From assembly GCA_002633005.1 (NCBI GenBank), contig NMRA01000422.1, forward strand, positions 124,001 through 188,000: a stretch of DNA of 64,000 bases. Reading direction: 5' to 3'. Of the stretch, positions 45,001 to 60,000 are shown piece after piece. This DNA is from Phoronis australis. Its lineage: Eukaryota > Animalia > Phoronida. The position numbers were made by a program, and so were the translations under genes. Position 1 is the first letter of the stretch. Each line of letters starts with the position of its first letter. The notes below the pieces were generated by a model that worked only from the letters and a program-made list of their open reading frames with translations, was not told the origin of the DNA and did not search any database.

Positions 45001-48000
45001 AGGCCTTTTGTGTCATGCGGATTCTGACGTTCACATTTAAATAACCATAAAATATGAACCACTCGGTGAATACAAACCTCCATCAAGGCATCGTAATTCC
45101 TTCTGTCATGGTGGTATTTGCACGAGAGGCATGATTTCAAAAGCAAAAGTGTTCACTTGTGTTGTTGTGTCAAGTAATCTGTCATGTGCTGATCGATTGT
45201 GTTATATTTGCAGTATTTACAAAAGAACTCTAGTCTTGCCAAAATCAACAGCTATGCATTACAAGTAGCAAACATTATTGACATGGTAAGTAATTTGTAT
45301 GATATTTTTCCCAGGAAACTATGTCAAATGCAAAGTTTCTGTTTTTCATATTACCTTCTCTAAATTATTTGTTAATCAGATGTCACTTTGTTCTAGAACT
45401 GATTTTCTTCTCAAGTTTCACTTCGATAAACTATTGCTAAATCTTTTCTACCTTGTTTAGTATTTCACTCAAACATGTCAGATCTTATCTAGCGTTACAT
45501 CCAAACTTGCCTACTTGTCTAGTGCCGCACTCAAACTTGTCTTCCTGGTCTAGTGTAGCACCCAAACTTGTCTACTTTGTCTAGAAATGAAGCCTGTGCC
45601 TGAGGCCACCAGCATTTACTCAAGGTTTGACTCGAAAGTGAACCAATTTCACTCTAATTCATCATTGAATCTCAAACTGTTTTGTGGTCTTTTTTACCTG
45701 GAATGTCGAAGGTTAAGACTTTCTTTTTACTCCTGGGCTGGTTGCATAATAGTTTAAAACGAATCCATTGTATATTTCATATCTGCGTTAAGTGAGGCAC
45801 AGTGTAGTACAGTATATCCAATGTCATTATTATCCAGTGTGAACTTTTACCCACCCAAGGTGTAAAAATCTCGACTCGAAATGTGGTCAACTGCATGGCA
45901 CGCTTCGAGTAAACTTACAAATATGTACTCCAATCATGCGACGTAATTGGTTTGAGTTTTGGGATTAGACCCTGCGCAGTTAAGTCAACTGGTTTTGTTA
46001 TTTCTTACTGGTCTGTTTTATATTCTTATGATTCTGATCTTTGCCTCATTCATGCAGTCCATATATTCAACTCTATCTTGTTGTGTTCTTACAGTATTAC
46101 AAGCAGCTCAACACTCGTGTAGCTCTTGTGTTTGTGGAGGTGTGGAATGAAGGCGACCCGATGCGCATCTCGTCCAGTGCTCGCGAGACTTTACATGGCT
46201 TTCTGAAGATCAAAAACATTCGCCTGAAGAACATCCGACACGATGTGGCACACTTAATCACGTGAGACCCCCTTGTTACTCGTACCAGAAACGCACAGTC
46301 ACTGTTACGAGAATTTAAACTTGCATTTCCTTCAATCTGTTTTTTGTCTGAATGGATGTTTCAACACTTAGCCACTTACCTCTTCAAAACCAGTGTGTTA
46401 ATTTCCTTCCCACGATGCAGTGTTCCCTTTGCACCGAAGAACAGTCAGAACATGTGGTTCAGATAATCCCATGACTGGCCAACTTTTCCATGATTTGATT
46501 GCTTCAGCTCAGTGATAGGTTAACACTGCAGAACCAACTGACTTGAAGCTAATGTTGCATCAACGAAATTTGAGGCTTATTGAGCAGGTAGAGATAATGT
46601 AAGTTAATTCTTCAGTTGTGTTGTCACTAAAGGACGTTTACGACACGAAGGGTCTATAAGTTCTGTCTTGGCATACATCCATGTAAGACTAATCCCGTAT
46701 GGCTGGGAAATAATTCTGCACTTAACACTGCTGAACATTTTTTGTGATGTTTGTGCCCACGTAGGACAATGCAATGCAAACTTTTTTTCCAGTCGTAGGT
46801 CTGTTGTAGTCCTGCTCGCAGTGACACAGGGGATAAAGGTTATCTTTTCCTCTTGGATTAACAAAATTGTGTGCTATTCAGACCCTTTTCAGTCTTTGTT
46901 TTATAAATTGTTCAACTGTCTTATACAGTTTCACATGCTGTTGTTCTCTGGCCCCAAATCAAACAACACGTCTGCTTTCTTACGGTGAGAAGCTTACACT
47001 CCAATGATGTGATTCGTGTACAGACTCTGTTCGCCCATTGTGATAATGTCGATTCATCAAAATATTGATATTTTGAGCATTAATGCTATTTACTCGGAGA
47101 ATGGCCGCGTGTAAAATGTTTATTTTAAGAGGACGTGTTATCTGATTTCTTAGAGAAATCACAAATCTGAATGTGTTATTAGAGATGGGTGTCGTGTTTC
47201 TTGTTTCATTGACATTTCAGGCAAGTATCCACAATCTTCCCTTTCCTTTGCAGTGCTCGCACATTTGACAATGATCAGGTTGGGATGGCAATACCAGACT
47301 CCATATGCACAGCCCGAGCAGTGGGTGTCAATGAAGACCCGAGTCCAAACGAGCCTCACAAAGTGGCGAGCGTTGTAGCACACATGATTGGTCACAACAT
47401 TGGCCTATCACATGATGAGGAGGATGAGGAGTGCACATGTATGGGTGGTCACAACTGCTTAATGAAGGAAAATGTATTGTACGTGTTTAAACTTGGTTTG
47501 TTGTTTTGATAGTAAGTCTTATAGTGTCGAAATAAGAACGTTCTAGACAAGTTGGCTGGGAAATGGCTTTGTAGTGTCTCTTTCATTTTGGGAAAAGAAA
47601 AGTCAAATGTCTTCATATTCTATTCCTTGGCCTTTGCTGTATTTTTCTTTGTTTTTATAGCTGTCGTATTGAGTAGTGTTGGGTGTGTTGGTATTTGTAG
47701 ATTTTTCTAAAGCATTTGAATATCTCAATCACAGCATATTCTCGACATACTGACCATGTTTGTTCCTCTGCCACTCAAGTTCTAATTGAAAACTTAGTGT
47801 TTGCACCTTCCTTTATTTTTCAGTGATGTCGATGGACTGGCCCCAGAGAGTTTCTCTGAATGCAGCATCAGAAACTATCACCTGGCTCTTGGCACCGGGC
47901 TGGGCTACTGTCTTTTCAGTGACCCAGAAGCGGTATGTAAATGCCTACGTAATACATGGGGTTTTTCACATTTTTCCACCCTCTTTTTAATTGATTATTC

Positions 48001-51000
48001 AAACTTGTTATTAACCCAAGGTTTTGTTTGCAACATGATTGGTCTGTTGCTTGTTTAAGCTGCTGATCACGTCGAAGTGAGAACATTAGAAGAGAGAGAG
48101 AGGGAGGGAGGGAGAGAGGGNGAGAGAGAGAGCGAGCTTGTTGATTGGCAAATTGCTGATAAGCGAAAACCTTTGGTTGAATTTACCATTCCCATTTTGA
48201 TGTTTGACTGCCGTTTTAAAGTTGGTGATTGGATTTCCTGCATAGACATACCAAAAGAAGGGACAATATTAAGTATGTGTTTTATTTTCAGCTCAAAAAC
48301 ATCCCATTGCTCTACTGGGAACATGTATGTACTGATCTTGGCTTTCAGCTCATTCGCTGTCACATTCAGTGTTGTGTGTGTGTTGAAACTGAACTCAACA
48401 CTTGATTGTTGTACGTGAACGTGTACCCTTGTTGGTCGTGTACTTCACCCATACCCATTATCTAAATTAGGGATTTTCATTTCCGAGATGTCATGACGAT
48501 ACCAGCCTCCGAGAAAGTCATCTGCATTTGTGTCGGTCATGTGTGGATGCATAATTGAGTAGCTGGCCACAATATACATGTCAGGGTTCGACATTAACGG
48601 TAGCCCGATCGTCCCGGACGACTTTGTTTGCCCTGCGGAACAAGCTGGTACACTTGAACTTGTGAAAAAATAAAATAAGAATGAACAATATTTATTGTAA
48701 AAATGGCAGCTATGAGTACTCACTTCGCAGTGAAATCAGCAGTAATTTTAAGTTGGCGACATTTTGTTTTTCTGAAAACTGAACCTTGCAGTACAGTGGT
48801 CATACTCTTCTCAGAACACAAGCTGGTTCTTGTTACTTGTGATTTATCCGTAGAGTGCCTGAAAGCAGTTGAATCACGTACCCATATGGCGTATTCAGTG
48901 ATCGCATACCTTAATCATTTGCCTTTGAACAAAATTCTACATTAAAATCCAGTCTTTTTAATTAGTGACTTAAATTAATTTTCTTTTAAAAACTCCTAAA
49001 GCAGCGTTAATTCATTTGCACGTTTCAATGAAGTTTTGTAACCTTTGAGTCTTTTACAACATGTATGAAAACTGTCGGCGCATGGGTGTCTTGATATCAG
49101 TGTACTGGTGAGAGGCGAAAATTAAAAGTCAATCTCTGCTGCTTAATACGTTTTAAGTCAAACTCAAGCACTACAAAATTAAATCAGAATAGCCCCTTTT
49201 GTAAACCGAATTGAAGGATGTGAAGAAACTGGGTAAAAATATAAAGTGAGAAGAAAATGTGAATTCCTGCATCAATGGTTGAAGGAGTACAAATGCCTTT
49301 GGTTTGATAACGACAAGTAAATTTTATTTCTCCTTGTTTGACAAGACAACTTTGACAAAAAGTTAATGTTGAGCCATGTATGTTGCTTCAGGCAAGAACA
49401 TTGAACCTTAATTAGGCTGGGAATAGATCACTGTAAGCCTGTCTTAGTTGTGCGTAGCAAGGCCTTGCTGATTAAAGAGTGTGACTCGGAATTAGATTGC
49501 TTGTTAAGAGCCAGTGCGGAGATAATAGATTCGAAATTTTGATCAGTGGGCTTACTTTCGAAGTGTGTGGCGCAACTTTTTTATTTTGTGATAGTAAATT
49601 TAAATTTAAAGTGAAAATGGCGTGAATTGATGTGATTGGCAGTTTTTGAATCACCGCTTTGGTGCCAAACTAAAGTTGAGGACAATGATGTCTTCGTTTA
49701 TGAAGGACACACCATTGATTTATGATAACTGCTCTTGGTACACACGCCTTATACTTGTGGACCAGAGTGATACTGTGAAAGCAACAGCTTAAAGAAAGTT
49801 TTAGTTTTTTTTCACTTCTTTTTGGTTTTACAAATACTGACAGCTTTGAAAAATGAGCCCAGTGTGACACCTATTGCTTTCGCTAGAAAATCGTTTGACA
49901 AAAAATAGCTTCCATTAGCGGACACCTATTGTGTGTAGATATAAATGCCTCTGAAAGATGTGAAGATCACAGCAGGCCCCATACCATGCGAACTCGAGCT
50001 GTGTCAGATTCAAAGTAGAAAATAGAGGGAAAGCATACTAAAAATACCGGTAGCTCTAAAATTTGTTGAAAAATTCTGTTCCAAAACTTTTGCCAATTTT
50101 TAACGAGAGATAATTATCTGCGGTATCAACCTCTTGTTACAATTATGGTTGTATACAGAGAATGGGTGTCAGAGATTAGGAACTGGTGTTTGCATGCCAT
50201 CCAAAAACACACACTAAAATAGATTAAGGAACATAGACGTCACTCTGGTATAAAACAAGAATCGTCACACACTGCTCTACAATTTGAGTGGGCTTGTTTC
50301 CATGAGAGGCTTGTTTCCATGAGAGGCTTGTACGCAGTGCACTGTGAGAGGGTGAATATGCTTGCGCTGTGTAGGCCTACTTTATTGGTATTTTCTGTGG
50401 TTACTTTCCTCTACTCTCTCAGTTTGCGGAAGAGGAGTGCGGGTAGGGATATTTGAAATGTACTGCACATGCTGCATTGAATTGAAAATCCTTTTGTGCT
50501 CAATCTTTGCATAGAGTTGCACATCATGTTGTTTCTCACTATCATCGGTCTGTTTTAAGAAAAGTGACTTATTGCTTAAGTCAAAAATTTTGTCCTCCGC
50601 TTCCGCTTCACAGTCTCCGAAATAATTTTGGAAATTGCCCGTTTGTCTCCATGTAATTGTGTGCAATTGACAGTTAAGAAATAATTTGTGAAAATTATGT
50701 GGGGATCTCGCAGCTATGGGTGTATTTCCGAACTGTTGTTGAGTTACCGTAGCGTAAAATTACTTTTCAGAAATAATTGTGTAGAGCTTAAGACGGTATT
50801 TTTGACTCTTAAGACTCCAGTCACTTTTCACTAAATGGTCCTGAGACACGCACAGAGTTCCTGTAAATGATGAAATGCGCAGTCAGTGTAAACCTCCATT
50901 ACAGCTGTCCAAACGGACCATTAGTTGGTAAATTGTAAACACGTCTGCGAGCCTTTCGCTGTACGCTGTGTGCCTGAACACTTGGTGTGTCTATTTTGAT

Positions 51001-54000
51001 GATGTTGTCTTTTTTTTTCTTGCAATTGAAAAAATTCACGTTTCGCAAATTAGATTTGCACATGATTTAAAGAAAATCAAATACAAAATGCATTTTTAGT
51101 CTCCGGAAATAAGTATAGATTAGCTTCCAAGCATATGCAACTCTTCACCTTGCGAGTAGAAAGTCTGATGACAAAATTCAGATGAGGCAGTCGCAAATGG
51201 TACAGAGAAATTATTATCTATTCACCACCATTCTTTCCACTCACCTGATAAAGAGCTGTGTAAGCTTGAAAGCTAGTGTATTTCATATCTTCCGGTATTT
51301 ATTTCTGGGGAATAAAGGTGCACTGATGATTGATTTTATTTTGATTCGCCCTGTCTCCAGTCTCCACAGAGTGTAGTATGTAGTTACATTTCAAACAGTC
51401 GTTTCCCTTGCACTATTATTGTGTTTTTTCTGTGCACATTGGTGGAGTGGTGTATTTTAAACAAGTGTTTTCAACAAATATGTTTGTATCTATTTGTATA
51501 TTGTGTTGTATTTTTTGTATTCCATTTTGTATCTTGTTTTATTGTAAGTTAAACTGTGTAACATTTAGGCTGTGGTTTAGTAGATTAGATAAGTCAAAGA
51601 TTTTAAAGCAGCATTTGACCCTGTTTAGCTGACTAAAATGAAAATTGAATTGGACCTTTTACTCTCATAAGATCGACCTTCTGATAATCCTTAATCCTAT
51701 CATGGTAAGAATATTGAAATTGATTTTGTGAGGATAAAAGGCTCAGTTCCATTTTCATTTTGAGCTAGCTAAGCATGAAGAGTGCAGGCTATAAGTGAAT
51801 GGTTATACAACAAGCAGGACTGTTAAGGAGATACCATTAAGACATTTTATCACTGCATGTTTTTAAGATTAGTGCCATTAGTTAAGTTTGTGCAAATAGA
51901 TGAAACTTTGGAAACAGTAAAGCACCATTTTGATGTGAAATCTATCTGGATGAAGACATAATCTGCAAACCACTTGGAAGAAAGTCATTTTGAGAAACTA
52001 ACTTGACAAAAAATATGAAAAAAAATGTTTGGTGCAATCCTAAGTGCAGAAACATGTTCTTTTCCAAGTTTTGGAATTGCTCTCTTAGTTGTTTTCACCT
52101 GCTCTGTTTCACGTCTGCTTTTTGGTTACAGTCAGCCTACTACCAACAGCATTGTGGGAATGGAAACGTGGAGCGAGGGGAGGAATGTGATTGTGGCCCG
52201 GAAGGGGTTAGTATTGCGCGTCAATTAATTAGGAGGCTGCATCACAATGCGCAAGTTATTTTGTTAGAAATTAAAAATGCTAAAATCAGTGTTCTCCACA
52301 AGAGAAAGATCAAACGTGAGTGGAACTACAAAATTCATGGCCATGTTCAAAAGTCCACACTATAAGGAGTGGAGTTTGGGTGTTTAGTCTCGGAATAAAT
52401 GCATGCAACCAAAAATTAAAAATGTCCTAATTTGCTAAAAGAAATGGCTAATTTCACAAAACTTAAAGCTCCTTGCAGAGGTTTTCAAACTCGATGCAAG
52501 CAAGCCAAATTTGTCACAACAAAATTTAAGCTTGACGCAGTGACAAGTCAAAACAGGCTGTTGAGAATACTAAGAATTGTAAAGTATGATATATAACTTC
52601 ACTGTTTTATTATCTGTTTTGTTACTATGTTTAGCCACTGTTGTGATTGTTATTTTGCCAAGATAGATTTAGTGTCATGGATTTATACTCAGGTTATTCT
52701 TGGAACCCTCAATATACCCATTTCCCTGACATCTAGTTTATGCATTACTGAAGAAACTCTGATTGAGTTTGTTTCATAATGAATGTTCCAGAATCCCAAC
52801 ACAACAAAAACAGCACACCATCTTCCTGTCGGATAGCAAACAAATCATGGTTGACTTTGTTTGCTTTTCATTGCCCAATGAGAACACAATTTTTGTTAAC
52901 AAACTTGTTTAAAGGAGGAGTCACAGAGTTTATTGAAGAGAAAAAATGCAATGACATTCTGACTTTTTGGTCTTGACATCTAGAAATTCTATAATGTATT
53001 TTTTGGATTATTATGAAATGTATACTTTGAACAGACGATGTCTGTAGTTAGTATTTTTCCATTTGGATTATTTTTAAATTAGTGCTAATGCTTGAGTTGA
53101 ACGGATCAGTGCTTCAAAATCTGTCAATAAGTTCCTTGGTTCCTAGAAAACTGACTTAGTTACTAGGTAAAATAAATGTAAAATTTCATTTGATATTAAA
53201 ATAAAACCTTTAATTTGTCTCAAGTCTGCTTTAAGAAAGAAAATAAGTTTGATTTAAGTTTTCGAGTCAAGTTTTGTCTTAATTTTGACTGACTTGCTGA
53301 AAGTGGAAGCTTCAAAGTTTGGAATTAGAGACGTCTTAGACTTAAGACAAAAATGAACTAAAGTAAGTTTCTTGGAACTGGTCCTTGGTCTTTTGTAGCC
53401 TCAGCCTAAAGACTTAAGAGTGTAGTACCCTGTAGAAATGTGCAGATTTGAGTAACTTTGGAACATCATGCCTCAGAATTGACAGATCAAATTCAAATGA
53501 GAATTTTGCATTCTGTGCTTTATGCGCTGTTTACAAAATACTGTTAGGCGTTGATATAGTTGTGTTGCTTTACATCGCATGGCGTGTATGAAGATTACTT
53601 ACCTGTGCTGTTGGACATGGCCTTTGAAATGGTCCACTTTAACATTGTGCGGCTATCAAACATGACATTTTTATGCATAAAAATGAAATATTTTGAAAAA
53701 ACTGAAACGGCATTTTTGAGATTTCACTTTGAAGAACGTTACACATGAAATGAAATTTTTCCCTAGTATTGATGCCGTTTTGCTGTGAATGTACCTGTTT
53801 TGTTCAATTTAACTATTAAAAATGGCATTGGTACCATGACTCAATTTGTGACAGATGCGTAACTATGAAGTTCAAAATTAAAGTTTACAGGTCTTCTTCT
53901 TTGGAAAACATGTACGCTTGTTCAGAGTTAATTTCTATAGTTTCATAGACATTTGGCTAAGTGCAGCACAGACTTGTTCTTACTTCAGCCCGTTGTAACT

Positions 54001-57000
54001 GAGTGCCTCTGTATTGCTTCAGGTGTGCAATGATCCCTGTTGTGACCCTGCCACGTGTCTACTCAAGCCCTGGGCCAGGTGCACCACTGGACCCTGCTGT
54101 CATAATTGTACTGTAAGTGAATTTAACCCATTCTAGTTAGATTTATAAACATGCCCAGCAAAATTATAATTTCTTATGAATAAATGCTGTGAAGAATTCG
54201 CAAGTTGCATTTTTTTCGACAGAAATCCACTGTTGGAGTTTAAAGCGTATTGGTTTGATTCTGAAGGAATTAAAAATTGTCAGGCTGCTAGTTGTTACCG
54301 GAAGTAATTTTTTCCAGTTAGTATTAATACTAGGTGAAAATGAACGAGTTTTGTTTATTGAGTCTATTTTATAGTCATGGAGCAGTGTTACTAAATAGTC
54401 TACTGGGTGACTTTGTAAAAGTTTCCAAAACGTTCGACACAGGATTGACATTTCAGCAGTTTTGATTTTTAGAAAGCAAGCTGAAGATAACTCACAGTTT
54501 GAGATTTTGCATTTATTACTTGAAGCAATGAAGTTTCGTAAAGTAATGCTGCTTCATCATCAAGTTTTTTCGCATGCTACAGGTCGCATTTTTTATCCAA
54601 TTAGATGATTGACATTTAAGTAACACAACATGTGGCCTGTCAGTAATTTGAGGACAGCTGTTTTTGGTTGAAATGGGTAACAAGATGGTGCTCTCATAGG
54701 CATTTTGCAAGTTTTCATCGTCGCCTGTGACAGCATCTTCACGGATGTCTTGGTTGTGCTCGAGACATTGGTATTCTTGTTTTCATTGTCAGCCTCAATT
54801 CTAAGGTCTTCATTCGATTTCTCCACGTGTCACTCTTCAGAGCGCTTTCACTACTAAGTCCTTTCGCAGGTGTTGACGTCAACACACCAGTGTCGTGAGG
54901 CAGTATCTCAGTGCGATGTGCCAGAGTTCTGCAACGGCGTGTCAGGGGCATGCCCTCAGAATGCTTTCATCCAAGATGGACAGCTATGTCTGGGTGGAGC
55001 AGGTTACTGTTACCAGGGCCGGTGCCCCATTCTGAATGACCAGTGTAGGAACATATGGGGGCAGGGTAAGTCAGATTCCCGTGAAGTTAAATGTCATGTG
55101 CAAGTTTACCTTCTGTGTAGTTAAGTGTCTGTGTGTAGTGGAGAAATAAGGGTATGAATGTGAAGTTTGATTACAGTCCCAAATACCAAGTTTTAGAAAA
55201 ATATCTTGTGAAACTGGGAGGGATATATTGCCAGCGTGCTCTTCATAACTGAAAGAAACTTGCTTGAAAGCAAGATGACATGAGACCACACAAAATTATA
55301 AAAATGAAAGGGGAGTATTCTCTAGGTTTCACTGCATAAAGGAAAGATTTCTCACCGCAACTGTTTTGCTAGTCTTTAGTCTGTGGAAAACACACCTGTA
55401 TGAGTTGGTTTATGCTCATTTTTAGGGTATGTTTCATGGACCTTTTGGCCTTCGGTTATTAGAAAACTATGGGTGTAGTTGTGTCTCTATGAGGTGAAAA
55501 AGTAAACCCATTTGAATACTTCTAACAGTCATTTCAATACCTGACTTAAAATGAGGCAGAATGACATTACCAGTGCAGTGTTCGTTGATGACACGTTACA
55601 AGGGACCGAAGAGGGCCGGGAGATGATAAGAAATCAACTCTAGCGGTATTATATATGTTTTGTCAAAAACCTTATCAGACTTGACAATAACACCATCCAC
55701 ATGAATTGGTGAAATATAGACTGAAGATGTAGATACCAAAATCGATGAAAACCATGTCGATACCAAAACTGGTAAAATCCCACTTCTTTTGATACCTCAC
55801 TCTGTGAAATTCTTTCCCGTTTCAATACCAAAATGGGTGAAAATCATACCTAATTCTGTACGAAAAGTTGGCATAAATCCTACCCAATTTGACATCAAAA
55901 TCGTTGTAAACCGCACACATATTGATACCAACAGCGAAAAATTCTACCCCTTTCCCTACCAAATTTGGTGATAGCCATACCCATTGCACTAGCACGTGCA
56001 CATCTACCTGAACTATGCGAGAACCTTCGGGCTTGATACATGAAAAATATTGAATTACATATTAAGTTGTTCCTGCTAATAAACTTTTTTCGTCAGCCTC
56101 CTGTTTCTGCTATTAAAGTTGCTTGAACTGATCATTAATCACTAATTTTCTCTACCATTATTGTATTCTCTTATATTTGTGTTGTAATAAAAAAACTAAA
56201 TGTCAAAGAACAATGTGTTACCTGCCATGGTGGGAAATCAGTCCAGCCTACTAAAGTTTATATCTTACCGTAATGTAAAATGTAATTGTACAAAATCAAT
56301 CTGTTGATGGCTGATGTCAATTCAATTTCACTTCAGATGCCAAGACTGCGAATGAGCTGTGTTACGTGACCTTTAACCCAACAGGAAACCTGATGGGGCA
56401 TTGTGGGAAGGATGCTAAGGGAAAGTTTGTGCCATGTGAAGATGAGTAAGTTGTAGTGGAGTGTAGTCTGTTATCATGAAAAGTGTGACTTAAGTCAGAA
56501 ATTTGGTCTTACAGTCTTACGCTCCAAGTAACTTTTTCTTAAAAATAATTAAATCTCAGTTGAGTGAAAGTGCAAAATCTCTGAAATTATACACATAACT
56601 GCTTGATACTGAGATAAATTCAGTCTATAAATTCTTCCTAGACTAAGACGCTCTCTTAATTACTCGGTTAAACGTTTACTCAGCTATTGTAAAGTGGTAG
56701 TGTAAGACCTAATTTCTGTCTTAAAACGCTTTCATGAACCAGACGCCTGTTCAGAGTTGGTTTCATTTCAACGTGTGAAATACATCTAGAAGTAGTGGTC
56801 TACTAGGGCCTCTTCTAAAAGTGATTTTTCTTTTTTGATTATAAAATAATGTATACATTTGCTTTAGCTATAAAAAGCTTACTTTGGAATCTGACATGTT
56901 ATGACATTGGTTCCTGGAAGAACCATCACTTCATAATTGCTTTAGATCATGCCGTGCTTTGTTGCTGAACGTTCAAAGGATAGACATGCGAGCAATTCGT

Positions 57001-60000
57001 CAGCTCGGCTGCCATGTTGTTTAAGTGACAACCTGTTCTACCTAGAGATGTCTCTCTCACTGGAACAGAAAATCAAGACAATGCATATGTCAGGCTCATG
57101 ACAATAGCTATGGAGTGTGCGCTCTAGCAACCAAATTTTTGACTACTTTATGTCCACTTTAAGTGCTGGATATGAGTAAGGACAACACTCACTTAAAATG
57201 GTCCAGGATTTTGAGAGTCAGTTTTATGCTCGTTATTTAGTAGATGAGAAAAAACTTGTTCACAAAGTGCAAGAGCCGTGTGAGTGCCTATTAGATCACA
57301 CACTGTTTTAAATGAGCTTTATATATTAACAATTCTACTATGAAATTGTTGTCCTTTTCACCATGCCTGTGCACTCCTTTTTAGGCATGTCAGGTGTGGT
57401 CTCCTTCATTGCTCTGGTGGTTCCAACATTCCCCTGCAAGGGGCAGACCGACTACCCTACACTAAAACTACCCACACGTCAGGTGGGCTGATGTTTGAAT
57501 GCAAGTAAGTTTTTTCTATCAAAGACATGACTGTTGACTTGTCGTGTTGGCTTCTGTCAAGAGAAGTGTTCAGTATTTTTGTCTGTCTTAACCTTATGTC
57601 TGATTTAATATCCGTATGAACAGCAATACAATGGTGCTGTTCTTGCAACATCTTCCGTTGTATGCTGGAAAGCCACTACAGAAAACCTGCCCTCTGATAA
57701 AAAATTAACATTTGATTTACAAGCTTAGGCTGTAAAACTGGTCCCACTTGGCCCGTTACTGAGACTAGAAGGGATTTCTGGGACTGAAAACAATTGACGG
57801 TTCATTATTGTTTGAGACCTGGCTCAAATAAGTTCACTTGACCTAGCTGGTCATTTTGTATAAGTAGAGCAATGTGGAACTTTCAGACATTCTCAAACCC
57901 AGAAATCGTTTCTATTCTGAGACAAGAAAAATGTGGGGCCAGCATGAAAACATTAAGCGATGCTTGTCGAAAGTTGTTGTTTTTTTACAAAAGACCACTG
58001 TGACAGTTAATAGCAACTATAATGGATTTTGCATTCTCAAACCTGTTGGTGTTTACATCCATGTTATCACTTTCTGTTCTAACTCAATATATTTCCACGT
58101 TTGTCATGCACTGACCTTTCAGGATAGCCAATGGTCAGATTTCGCCAGACGTTACCGAGACGGGTATGGTGATGGATGGCACCCGGTGTGGTCGTGACCA
58201 CATGTGTCTGTACCAGGCTTGTGTCAACGTGGCCAAAGTGTTCACGGACACCTCATGCCCCAGGGGAGGGGCAAAGAATGAGACATGCTCTGGAAATGGG
58301 GTGAGTTTACTGACGGAAATTGGCTGAATTCGATGTGTACAGAAAGCTTACAAATAGCCTGTTCTGATCGCAATGCTATGAGGTCTATGTTGATATAAGT
58401 ATGCCGTCAACATTGCAGTAATCCTGCTTGCTAGCTGAAAGTGGAAAACAAAACAAGTCAAGGAGGCTGTTTGTGCATAAGTAGCACTTTCTGGTTGGTC
58501 ATGCAAATGCACAACATCTTAAAAGAATGGTGGAAAGTGTTTGTGGATATTTGAGTCATACAGTCAAACCGACATCTCTTGACGAAATTCTAAAATGTTT
58601 GTTATTGGAAACCAAAGTTTGATGTAAACAGTGCAACTTGTACAAGTGCATGGGACTTGGTGAACAGCACAATTGAAGTTGGCAAAAATTTTGAATGTAC
58701 AGAAAACAACTTAATGTGGTTGACTTGGGACATAAGGAATGGCATGTTTGAAGCAAGTAAAGGCTTTCGCTGTACACAAAGCAATATATATATGTGGTGT
58801 TGTTGGCTTCGGACTTAGGGACTGGACCATTATAATGCGTCTGAGCAAACATTGTGAGCCGAGTTCATTGTAACATGGTTTGACTGTACGTTTTTGTGTG
58901 TCAAGAGACGTCTGCATGACTATTCATGGTTCCAGGTATGTACCACTTTATCAAAGTGTTTCTGCAACGATCTGTGGGAAGGTAGTGACTGTAGTGTCAA
59001 GCGTAACTTCACCTCAACCCAAACTCCTCCCGTGCTGATAGTTCACACCGAGGCTGCGCCCACTGGCCCCTTGTCATCGCTTCCTCCGACGATAGGGAAT
59101 GTGTCGGCTAATGCTGATCCAGGTGAGAATCAGCAAACGGTTTGTGTAGCTTGCACTGGACTCATATATAATTTACTGATGATCTTTGGTGTCTGGATAT
59201 TGTAATTACCCTCAGTTCCGCATTTTTGAACTCGTTCTACCTGTGCTACTAAGGGTCTCGTTAAGTTTCATTACATTCGTTTTGCGCCAGTCTTGTGTCA
59301 AAATCATCGACTTATGATTTACACCATTTACTACAGCTATGAAATTAATGTTGATTTGTTCCTTACTTGTGTTGTGATTTTCAACAAGGAAAGAACCAAC
59401 AAACTGAGCTTAATAAGGTGGAATAGGCAGGCTTTGTCATTTTATGTACTGAAGGTATAGTTCAAGCCAAAAGTATTCAGGCAAAATGACCCGGAATTGC
59501 CTGTCACGACGGCTGGGCAGATGCCGAATTCTTCATCAGAGTAGTCTCCCCTGACGACTGACAATGAAAGGGAATTAACGTGAAAGGTAGCAAGGTGCCC
59601 AAACCCTTCTGTAATTAGAATTTTGCCACCCTTGCCAGTTATTTTTCCTGTCAACGGAATTAGTTGTCACGACAGGAAAACAGTAATTTTTTGGATTATT
59701 TTTGTCTTGTACTGTAGTATGGTTTACTGTTAGCTGGTTTCATGATGGAGTTTCTTGTGCGGTCATTTTCCCTCTATTTCCCTTTTCAGTGGTTGGTGGA
59801 ATAGGTACCATGTGGTTGATCATCATTCTTGCCGCTGTCATTGGTATTGTCGTCATGGTGTTGGCGTTTACTGCACTGTGTTACAGGTAGGATATTTTAT
59901 TGAACACGGCATCTCTATGTTAGGGATTTGATGACAGCTGTGACTATGGAAGTTTTCTATTCAACCCAGGCTTAATAAACTAAGAGAAAATTAATCGCTT

